Positions 35,901-47,600 of a DNA stretch of 64,000 nucleotides are shown piece after piece (the first letter of the stretch is position 1; every line of letters begins with the position of its first letter). Source of the stretch: Hormiphora californensis (lineage: Eukaryota > Animalia > Ctenophora); contig CM035357.1 of assembly GCA_020137815.1 (NCBI GenBank), positions 3,286,001 to 3,350,000 on the forward strand. The letters run 5' to 3'. The position numbers and the translations under genes are program-made. The notes under the pieces were generated by a model that did no database searches, was not told the DNA's origin, and saw only the letters and a program-made list of their open reading frames with translations.

Positions 35901-38246
35901 AACTAGATCCCCGCTTAGAACAGAGAGAACGGATAGCGGAGTCTGTAGCAGAGCGGGTAATAGAGCCAAGGGAAAGGGTAGTCAGATACACCGAAGCACC
36001 GCGTGAGGTGGCTGGACAGTACCAACTACTAGGAGGACCAAGTCCAGGAAGAAGGAGAAGTCAACTAGGGAGCCCAAGTAGACAGCAGGACCTACAGACG
36101 GACCTGACGGATCGTGATCTATATACAACTGCAGCAAAAACCTTGGCATTAGGTACTTCCATAGGAAATGAGGATGTACATAGGGTATCAGACTCACAAC
36201 CAGATAGACTAGAACCACATAACAGAACACCGGAGGGAGAGCATCTCAAAAACAGACAAGGAACGCCAAGGAGAACAACCCCGGGGGATAGCCATAGACA
36301 GCAAATTCCTGACCAACGGGTGGAGAGACCGGGACCCTCCAATAGAACCCCTAACGCCTCGCCACCAGGAAAAAACGTGGTCAGAGGAGAAAGGGGAGGA
36401 ACCCAAGAAAGCTCTATTTGGACATCCCCCAGATAGCTCCTGGGAGAAGGACTAACAAATATTCCGAGGAAGATGTACAGAGAGAGGAAGAATTGTTAAG
36501 AATGGGGTTGGGTATACCAACAACCATATTTCCAGACGTACCTCCAGCTAGACAAATATGGAGGGATAAAATGAATGAAATGAGAGGGGGACGCCGAATT
36601 CTGATGGATGATCCCACCAACCATTCTACACCTGGAAAGATACCGAAAGGAAAGGAGAAAAGAAGCCACTCAGGAGGTACCACCCTCTCCCCAGGAGGGT
36701 ACAAATACAAGGGACTGAAACTCCGCTGAAAATCAAACCAGCAAGACCCCGGACAGAGCGTCCAATGGAGAATAGTCCAATGATTTCACGGGGTGAGGGC
36801 CACAGACGACCGTCATATGAAGAAGAAATAGATATGGAATTGGAACAACCAGGCCATCAGGCTAGAGAAGAACAAATGGACTGGCAGAGTCGAAACCTTA
36901 ACAAGACCGAGTACAGAGAGCGGACAGACCAAGGGCTAGATAGCACCATGGACACTACCAAGAGCAAGACAAGCAACGACTCGTTTGGAGAATACGAAAG
37001 AGCTCGAACCCCAACAAAGGGAACGAGGGTAGTCATGCAACCGCCTAAATTTGAAGCGCGACCACAGCCAAGAGAAGAGGAGCCTGATTGGCAACAAATA
37101 CAGGCGATAGCCCAAAGACTGAATACCATAGATAGAGAGAACGTGCTAAGAAGGAGCGACCATGCAGAGGACGAGGAAATGGAGGAAGTTTTAGAGACAG
37201 AGAATAGACAAGAAAGAGACTTCGTGACAGGGACGGATGAAACAAGACTACCTAGCCCCCCACCTAGGCGGTCTAAAAGATTGGAGAATAAGGCCAATAA
37301 ACTATAAGTATCGGCGTGAGCCTACTAATTGCCGCTGAAATATTGCTTACTATGATAAATATTATTTACCTAGAACTAATACAATATAATATAAAAATAA
37401 TGCTGAGAGTGCGTGTAAACTGTAGGAGAAATGTGTTAATTGTAATTCATTATAACTATAATTTTAATCGAAAAAGCCTTGCTGTTTGACTGGGATAGAG
37501 GGAATTACTAAGACGGAACATATAATACAGACAATGATATGGGGAGCATGAAGGGCAAATATAACAACGTGTTAACTAAGGCTGACATATGGTTCACATG
37601 CGGGAGAGTGGAGTTATAAGGACTTGGGGCCTGAATGAATGGTCGTGGGGACATATGATCTTCTCATGGTAAAACACAAAGCGGCCCTGCCATGGGGGAT
37701 ATATGACAGAGCAGCAGAATAAGGTTGGGTGTTGAATACACACACAGTGAAACAAACGCATAGAGTTAACCAAAACAAATCAAACAAAAGAATTTTTTAA
37801 ATATAGTTTCTAGAGTTTCTGCAGTAGCACAGGGTTGGGGTGAAACATTGGGGGGCGGGTAGGGGCAGGTCGGTCCCTCCTCCCGCAACAGTAGCCGCCC
37901 ACAAGGCCTGCCACGAACACCCCAGCCAACATCAGGGGAACCACATACCAGGGGATCCAATGGGGCCGGTAATGGGGAACCGGAGGAGCCGTGGTAGGAG
38001 AAATCCTGAGAACGGTCATATAAGGAGGAATAACTGGAAAGAGGGGAAACTAATGGAAACTAACACTAAAGATAACAATAACTTACGGGCTATTACACCC
38101 AGAGGTGTAACAAAGGGAGCATCCGGGGTCCTCGGGCGAACAAAACCCACACCCTGAGAGAGCCCCCACAAAACACTGCATGCTGAGGGAAGAAAAATAA
38201 CAGAGATGAGATAACAGCAACCAGGAGAAAGATAATGAAGAGAAAT

Positions 38247-38293
<47 letters not shown>

Positions 38294-38561
38294 TAGTAGA
38301 GATATAATAACTTACAGGGAGCAGAGAACCTCGGTCTGCAAGTTAGAATCATAACAAGTATACATATCTAGAAGGAAATATAAAAATAAAGGGAAAATCA
38401 AAAAAAAGGGAGGGGAGAGAAACATAGAAAAAGGAATTTAGCACAAAACAATGAGAAAGGAAGAGGCAAGGAATACAACGGTAGAAAATGAAATGTGAGC
38501 ACAAGCAGTAGAGATAAGAGATAAGAGGGACCGATGAATGCATGAGCAAAAAGCAGGAGAG

Positions 38562-38603
<42 letters not shown>

Positions 38604-41600
38604 ATGACTTACCGAATGATGTTCAAATACTCAAATCTCTCACCTCCCAATCTCTCACTTCGATAAAGTCCCTACTTGCTAATTAACACCCCTTCCCAAG
38701 AAACCACCTTACCAGACCTCATTGTTCTGAACCTCAAAACTGACTCGGATTATTTGCTTAGGTTTTAGAATCAGGAAGATATGGCACAGGCAGAATGAAA
38801 TTCACCAGGAAAAAATACCCGGAGATAACAGCTATGATTGAAGAGGCCCCACCACAACCGGAGGACATATTACAAGATGAACCGCCTCGAAGGGACCTGA
38901 ATGAGGTGGAAGCACTGAAAGAAGTACAGGAAGAACAACAGAAGAGGATACAGATAAAACATAACAGAAGGAGGAGAAAGGAAGATGACAGAATGATATG
39001 GAAATTACTGCGAGCCAACCCCAGTTTTACGATAAAATTAACAAGTAACTTGTCGGCAGCCAATAGATCTAAGGAATACCATGCAATCAAAGTAAAATTG
39101 ACTAAAAGATACAGAAAATTATTCAAAAAATGCCGCCAATTAAATAGTAAAGTAAATGGAAACACAGAAGAAATATTTGCTGCGATGATAGAGGGAGAAG
39201 AAATACCTGGAAGAATTGAGCTGTGTGAGAAATGAAACTATGTAAGAAGGGTAGATTGATATAAATAATGCCATTTCATAATTGTGCCTATGGCTGTTGT
39301 TTTATTAGATCCCTGAAACCCCATACAAACTCTTTCTAATAAACCACATACAAATTACTGAGTTACCCTATAGAACTTTCTGTAGCCGACAACGGCTACA
39401 GAAAGAGTTGCGGCAACAGGAGCAACAGCAGCAACAACCCCCACTAGGGGACATTCCGCCCCTAGGAGAGAACTATATAGAATGAGAGACAGAGTGAGAG
39501 AGATAAAGAACTATTAGAGAGAGGGAGAAAAATTATAAATAAGGGAGAGAGAAAGAACTATTAGAGAGAGGGAGAAAAATTATAAATAAGGGAGAGAGAA
39601 AGAACTATTAGAGAGAGAGACTATTAGAGAGAGAAAAAAAAAAAAAAAAAATGTATAGAGAGAAAGAGCTATATAGAGGGAGAGGGAGGCAGACAGTTAG
39701 CGTTCAGGCAGACAGTTACACCTCTTATACGAAGTTTTGTTGTTGTTGTATATATACATAATAAAATGGCAGGAGTTTTGCACGAATACAGGGTGCGCCG
39801 AGTGCCCAAGACGAAGATACAGTTGGGAAACAACGCCCCGATCACGATAGAGGAATTATCCGGAAAAGTGGACGAAGGGATCAACTCCTGGGAAGAAAGC
39901 GACTCCTGGAAAATATACCCGGACTTCACGGAAATAACTGACATTGACGGCGCCCGAAGCGCGTGGTACGAGTTCCTCTGGTTTTCCGGGTTTTTCACAG
40001 TGAGGCATTCCTTTTGCAGAATGATCAAAGGATCAGGAGATGTGATGATAAACCCGGAGTTGAAGACCTTTCCCCCTTTCACTCGCCCCCTTAGGGCTGA
40101 AGGATCAATCACAGGTTACAGATTCGATCTGGACACCCTGTTTACCCCGCCTGAGGGGGACGAAGAACCAGAGAAGTGCCACAATCTGCATGGACTCATC
40201 ATCCCATCAAGAAAATTGATGGGGATGTTCTTCGCCTGCGCCGCGGAATTTGTCCCTCTTAACCCAATGTTCATTGAAATGCAGCAGGACAATGAATATG
40301 AGCGAGGCTGCTAATACGGGGTGGAGGGCATGGAGGAGGGGGTGCAGGCGAGGGGGGTCCTGGGCAGTGGGCAATGGAGTGGAGTATACGGGTGAACAAC
40401 AATCTGTAATTACGACGAGCGGAGTACCAGGTAAACATCTAATAATAGTCGTCTGACATTTCGTGCTTCCTGCCCGCTATATTATGCAACGCTGATTGGC
40501 CACTTGTGTGGGTAAGCAATAACCCAGTGCTTTTTGTTGCTTGCTCATATATTGCGAGACCAACTTAGATATCAAAGTGTTGGGGAGATCACGTCCAGTA
40601 GATGTTTGAGTAGACATAGTGTCTGACGCTATAAGTGGACATGGGTCTGGTGAGAATAAAACAAGATCAACAAAGGAGAAAGGGTATAGTAGTACAGCCC
40701 AAACTAATCTGGTTTTGGAATGGACACAAGCCTGTAAAGGCACGCCGTGTTGTATTCACACTAAGGAGCGCGTGGATATAGGGTCGAGCCGGACAATTAT
40801 AACCCAGATATCAACAGGATGGCAACGATGGGTGTTTTATTGAATTACTAATTTGCGACGCGGTTACCCTTACATAAGTTGTCGCACGCGACATTTCAAA
40901 ACTATATGTGAGGGAGGTGATGTAATCACCGATATTACTATTTCCAATCACTGTCTTGGTCTTCAAATTCGACTACTCCTAACATCCAACATTCTACACA
41001 GGTCCCGACAGAACGACCAGACTAATTATCGATTCTAATAAACCTCTTATCATAGCAATGACATCCTACCTCGAACACAAAATGGGAACGGATTTGATAA
41101 AAGAGGAGAAGGTACAACAATATCGGATAAAGCAGGCGATGGGAGATCTGGAAGAGCTGCTGAGAGAAGGGAAATGGAGACACAGATTCTTTGGCTCCAC
41201 CCAGAACAGGACAGTGGTGAGAGGGAGCGACATAGATGTGCTAATATGGGCGGAGCAGAGCGCAACCGAGACGATGAGGAATCTGGACAGGAACAAAGGA
41301 AAAGCATTTAAATTCGTGAAAAAGGTGAACAAACTGGGAGTCTTGACACTCAGGCACGAGGCAGGAATCAAGATAGACTTTTGCTGTGCTACGGAGGACG
41401 ATAGGAAGGAAAGAGTTCTGTGGAACTCAAACCTTATTAAATGGTACACAGAGGAGAAATTGTTCCAGATAACAGTTAAATCAATAAAAACTCTGTTCGA
41501 AGGGACACCGGTGTTGCAGGCTTCCTTGGGAGGAGTATCCAACTACGCAATAACACTAGTCACGCGGGCTGTCTTAGAAGAAAATAGAATCGTTAAAGAG

Positions 41601-44600
41601 GCCCACCTAGAGGAAAGACGAAAAAGAAACAGTGAGCGACAGAATCTGGGGGAAACATCAGCCATAATGACGATGTTAAGATTTATGGGGGACAGCACGG
41701 AGGGAATGGATAATTGTACGATAGACTTGAGAAAAAACTTGGGAGAGAAAATAGAAAGAGGATCTCCCCAGATTAGAGATCCTTTTGAGGTAAAAGATTT
41801 ATACAGAACTCAAACGGATGGTGTAAGAGAGATCAGATGGAACATAGTCTCTTATTACGTACAACAACTACCAGTCAGGAGGTGGAGAGACGTCAAGAAG
41901 GATGTAGTAAACGCGTCAAAAGCTTGGTATGAGCTACCAAGAAAAACTAGAACAAGGGCATATTTTGATGTAGAAGAATTGAACGATAGAATATGAGCAA
42001 TTGAACAAGTGGTATTTCACATTAAATTACCCATGCTAATGTAAATAGGATTATATTGCTACGAAATTGAGATCCAACTGTTAGCGAAGGTGCGAAATTG
42101 TTCTTACACAATGGTATATTATTGAATTGCATTTACATTTATCGAAACGGGTTAACCACTGCACTCAACCCTATGTGTTTTTCTGTAACCTTATTACTCT
42201 TGTTATCGCTGCATCCTTGTCAACGATGGCCCTCTCGTATCATTGATTAAACATTATCTATTTCCAAAATCAGATGGATTTGGTGTCCTAAAATTCAACA
42301 CCGCCTAACATCCAACCTTCTAAATAGGTCCCAACAGGAAGGAAATGAACGGAAGGGAAGACGGAGTTGATCCGGAGTTTGTCAACGAAATATTACAGAT
42401 ATTACAGATATTAGCTTCGCTACCAATCCCGGATGTTTGTACTACTAGTAGTGCTAGTGAACGTGCTGTTGGCAAAGGCGAGGAAGGCAGACATCTAGAA
42501 GAGGAAAAAGTAGAGAAAGAACCAGAGAGATCCTGGGACGGAACAGTTCCTACTGATGAGGCCGAGGGTATTAACGAGAGGAAAGAAGAGCGTGATAAGG
42601 AGTGGAAGTGGAAGGAGGACCAAAGAAAAGAGAGAAAGCAAGATAGCGAGACAATGGAAGAACATAAAGCCCAATATGAAGAGACTATTGAGAAAGAGAG
42701 AGAGGAAAGAAACCGAAAAGTGAAAGAGAGAAAAAGAGAGAGAGATAGGATATACCAAGCCAATAAACGGGCAGAAAGAAGAGAGTATAGAAACCGATAC
42801 GGTATAGACATGATTAAGAGGAAGAAGGAGGGGCCGAAAACTAGGAATGCGGTGTACTCGAGAAGATACAGAGAAAAGAAAAAAGAGAGGCAAGAGATCA
42901 TGAAATATTTAGGGAAGGAGAGGGAGTGATGTTCTCACGTGAACATGTCGATGATAATTAATGTCCGAGATATCTTGAACCTCACACTTCCTGGTACTGG
43001 GTTCACTATCGCTATCCATAAAATGCAACGAGACTGTTGAGTGGTTAGGGCTGTAGAGGCCCGGTACTGCTGTTTCCTTCCGCACAAGACAGACTTTGAG
43101 GGACAACGCGGCCCTTATGGTAAACAGGTGAACTCCATCCTTACGTTCGCCATCTCTCTCTTCACCTTCTCGGAAACCTTCGACGTAGCGCCACCGAGAT
43201 TCTAAACACAAGAGTTGTTATTCGGACTTTGAAATTATGCGGAAGGAGGTCTTCCTGGACCAGGGCTTTTAAGAATTCAATGTGGCCCTGTAGTAATGAG
43301 TGGATGCTGATTTAGGGGTAATGAGGTATTGGTAAATACCCGAACTAAGCTATCTTGTTGAATTTAATGAGAGTATTTTGTATGTATATTGAATTTTCGT
43401 ACACTGTAAAGATACTATACGTTCCTCATACCAATGTGTTATTTGAAATAATTATCGAGAGTGATCATAACTCTTTATGCCTGAAGTAATCCATTACGAT
43501 CTAGATACTGCTGATTCCCAACCTATAACTCTACCCACACACTAGCTAGAGGGCATATAATGAATTGCACGAATGAAGTAGGGGAATGTGAGTTCCCTTG
43601 GGAAGTGATAAAGATAACAGGGATACTGTTGAGTGGTATATACCTGGCCTGCGTTTTATGTTATTGTCTACGAACCTGCACACACTAAGGACACGAGAGA
43701 TAAAGAGACTTTAGAAGATGTGGAAAAATACTGTTTAACGAGATTATGTGACCTAGATAGATGAAATTGTAAATAATATTGACAATAATTACAAATTAGT
43801 ACAACAATAAACGTCAAAGATTGTTATTGATTTCTAGATAATTAGAGAAGGAAACTAATATGTGTCTTTTCAATATAGCGAATGGAAGAAATAGAGAATA
43901 TGTATGGGCAGGCAACTCCGATAACCGATGTAACAAATCCATTCGTATGTGACCCTTACAATGTGGAAAGAATTGAACCTATGTCACCCAATTACGTGAT
44001 CGCGGGAACAGATAGACCAGTTTTACCCTGTATCCTTAGGAAAGATATGGAGGAGGAGACATCGAAAGCATTGAGCCGATTGACAGTGTCCTCCGTTCAC
44101 TCATCATGCAACTCCCACGATTCACTACAGGGGCCACAACCCTCTACGGAGTATATTGAAGCAGAGGAACCCATGGAGGAGGGGGTTGCGGGAGAGCAAA
44201 CTTTGCATAGCCCAGAGGTGGGAGAAGTGGCAACCTTATCCCTTTCAACTACTCCTTATATGGATATTAGCGCGGAGGTACTCCCTTGCACAGAGGAGGA
44301 TGGTGTAGAAAAGGGATACGAAATGGAAGATCTCCTTAAAGAGTTAACAGGGGAGATATTGGACTTGCAATGTCCACCTCTCCAGGGGACACCAGTAACC
44401 TTCAGTCCAACAGCCTCACCCAAACAACAAGAAGCAGGACCGGAAGTAAGTGAGGATTATCCGGACTGGTTGGTACAGCTCCTGGAAGCAAAGATTGAAC
44501 CAGAGGAAGGCTATTCGTCATCAAGAGATATGGAGTGGGATGGCACAGACGAACGGGGGAATGGTGATAATACATGTTGCCAGGGGACGTCGATGGAGAT

Positions 44601-47600
44601 GGACGAACCCAGAACAGAGAATTCGGTTCTGGTATTAGGGAAATGTCGGGAGGAAGCGAGGATGCTGGATTTAGACAAGTCGGCTGTGGGAAAAGTCTCA
44701 ACACGGGAGAGATGTTGGAACAAAACAGTATACGAGAGCAAAGTCTACAGCGAGCTCCAGGCCCACACCACGACAAATTCACAACCAACCTCACCGGAGT
44801 ACAAGAAGGGGGAAGATGGTCCAGAACGAGTACACAGGAGAAGCAACAGAGAGGGAGCAGAGATGGACAGACCACACTTGACATCGAAGGAATGGGTAGA
44901 TTGGATACTGTCACGAGAGGGGGAGGAAGAAGTCTACACATGGATAGACAACATTAGCGAAACAAGAATGGACAGATTCGCTAAGGAGATGGAGAGCATC
45001 ACCCTTGAGGAAGCAACAGAGGATGGAAGAAAAATGAAGAAAGAAAAACTAAACGTAGAGATCACAGGAATAAAGCAAGGTGCAAGGGTACCAGTGAAAG
45101 ATGTCGCGATGGAGAATAGCGACGATGAAACCCAACCGGGAATCAACACAGAGACGGAAATAATAGTGAACGTGGAAGGTAGAGCGGTTATATCGGTATC
45201 AGCCGAAATACTAAGAACATTGCAAGGATTTGAACAAAGCAATAAGCAGCAACGCCGAAAGAAACGCAATATTGCAGCTCAGAGGGAGAAAGGGCGATTA
45301 AGGACCATAAAATACAGAGTTCGGAGAAGGTGGAAAAAAGAAATTGGACTTTCAATGATGACTATGCTGCAATCCACACTAACGAACAATTGAGGAGAGA
45401 CAAAGAATTATAAATATACTATACAGTGAGGGTTTGTTGATATTATCAAATGGATTTTAATGAGTGAGTCGCCATGGTGACCATAGCGACCGTGTTATTG
45501 ACAGTGAAAGAACCACACGAGAGAACCGGTGAGGTATCAAGAGGCACATATATTGAAAGATTAAAATGTAAAGTAAAATATTGGAAGATTGAAATGAGTT
45601 GGGAGTTGTTTTACTGTTCAAAATATGAGAACATACACACACGCTGATCATACTAACACGAACCTATCCCTATAGGCATGACAGCTAGTATGATATTGAT
45701 CGTTGGGATGGCAACAACGATAATGGCAAAGGAGATGGTGAGTCCAAGGATATGCCAAGATAAAAGAGGAGGCGCCATCTACAGATTACCACCTCTGCTC
45801 AACTGCGATGAGGAGAAGTTTGACAGTTGGGAGATTAGACTATGGAAGAAAAATATAAAGGAGTATACTGGAAACATAAAGGGGGTGAAAATCATCCGCA
45901 GGACGTGCACCACCAAAGTGGGGTTCCTAGGCGACAAGGAGGTATTGAAGAAGAAGACATATGAAATACTCCCACAGGATACAGTGGACACCCTCTTTAG
46001 ACAAGGAAGCTGCGTTAACCCTAACGGATACGCTACATTGAGTTCGGGCGGAAAGGACTTTAAATGCCCAGGGGAATGGATGAAGACAAAGACAGCGGTA
46101 GTGATGGAGTGCTTACACTACGAAGGGTCTATAGTGAAACGTCATGGACAACCCGGGCGAACAGACCTTACAAGTTTCCATGGTTGCGCTTACGAAACGG
46201 GTAGGTGTAGGGCAAAAGATGGAATGTACCTAAGATGGACTCCAGAGGAGATTGAGAAGGAGGAGTACACCCTGCAGGGACGTTATTCGGCAGTAAAAAC
46301 CGGAGACCACATACTTATACCGAAATTAGCAATGGTACTAACCGTCTCAGAGGGTGAGGGCCCTTGGGAATCTGGTGTGTTCCGGATTGAGAGGATAAAA
46401 GAGGAAGGACCCGACAACGCAACGGTAAAAATGGCCGGGAATCCAGACGGAATAGAGGCATTGAGAGAAGAAATGAATGCAAGACTGGAATACCTGGCGG
46501 AAACAATGAAGTCACCGAGAGCAAAACTAGAATATTTGTGTGACATATGGAATCAGGTGAGGAAGAACGAGAGAGTTGTAGCGTCTCGAAGCCCTACGAA
46601 ATACGCCCAATTAAAGCTGGGGTATGATGAAATGATAGCGAAAACCACGGGGGAATACCTCATGGTTTACCCGTGCCAAAGAGTGAATGAATGGAAATGG
46701 GGGAACAAAACAAATCGATGTTGGGAAGAGGTACCTATACAGTATAAGCTATCAAAAGATACCAAATGGACAGAAGGATATCTGGATCCAAAAACAAACA
46801 TCATCACCAGAAGAGGAACAGAGTCACAGTGCCGAGGAAGAGGCATAGTGACTGAAATAGGAGATAAACTGGAAAGTCATACACAACATGGCGTACAAGA
46901 TATAAACACAACAAATGTGGTAACGCTGGACGACGCGATAAGTGGAATTCCAATGATCGATTTCCTAGACGCAGAATGGGCTTACGACGAGAGTGAGTTA
47001 ACTAATACAGAGTTGGATAGAATAACGGACAAAACAGATATCTCAAAACCAGGGGATGAGGAGCCTGAAATAAACAGGAATCCCCATGGAATGTGGAAAT
47101 TAGTGGGACTGAAAACACTATCCTGGGACGCGGTGCTAAACTGGGTGTGGCTATGGTTCACAAGAATAGTGTGCCTGATCTACACAACCCAGACAATCGG
47201 AAAATGGATGTGGAAGATAGGAGAAAACAAGTTGAGAGAGATTAAATGGAAAAAGCAACAACGAAAACGAAACGTTTGGTTCTCAAGACGACAACCACGG
47301 AGGAGAAGTGATATATCACGAGAACGAAGTGAAGACTCGGAGGATGAAGACGAGAGCTCAGAAGGAGAGGTCGTATGGGGACCTTAGTGAACTACGGATA
47401 GATAATGAATCCTAATAGTACATACAGAAACGAACTTTAATTTGTGAATATAGTGAAGCTAAATGAGTGAAATATTGAAGAATATGATTGTACAATGACA
47501 AATGCAAGTAAATGAATGTGAATAATCAGTTTGATCAGGGGACCCCGGCCGGACTTAACAACACCCTTGACCACACGTATTTCCATTCAAGGCCTATTAA

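Noticed and set aside
35318-37307. A relocated gag downstream of integrase
   Set aside because: Disordered, low-complexity sequence with no zinc knuckle or helical capsid-like region visible.
37766-38157. Small ORFs in the element spacer, including an antisense 69-aa peptide with one TM segment
   Set aside because: Short, non-ATG or overlapping, with no supporting motif; worth revisiting only if conserved in other copies.
41058-41996. cGAS/OAS or CCA-adding enzyme assignment
   Set aside because: The GGxSxY and IxDPF motifs fit the Cid1/Trf4/GLD-2 group better. The alternatives are not formally excluded without a profile search.
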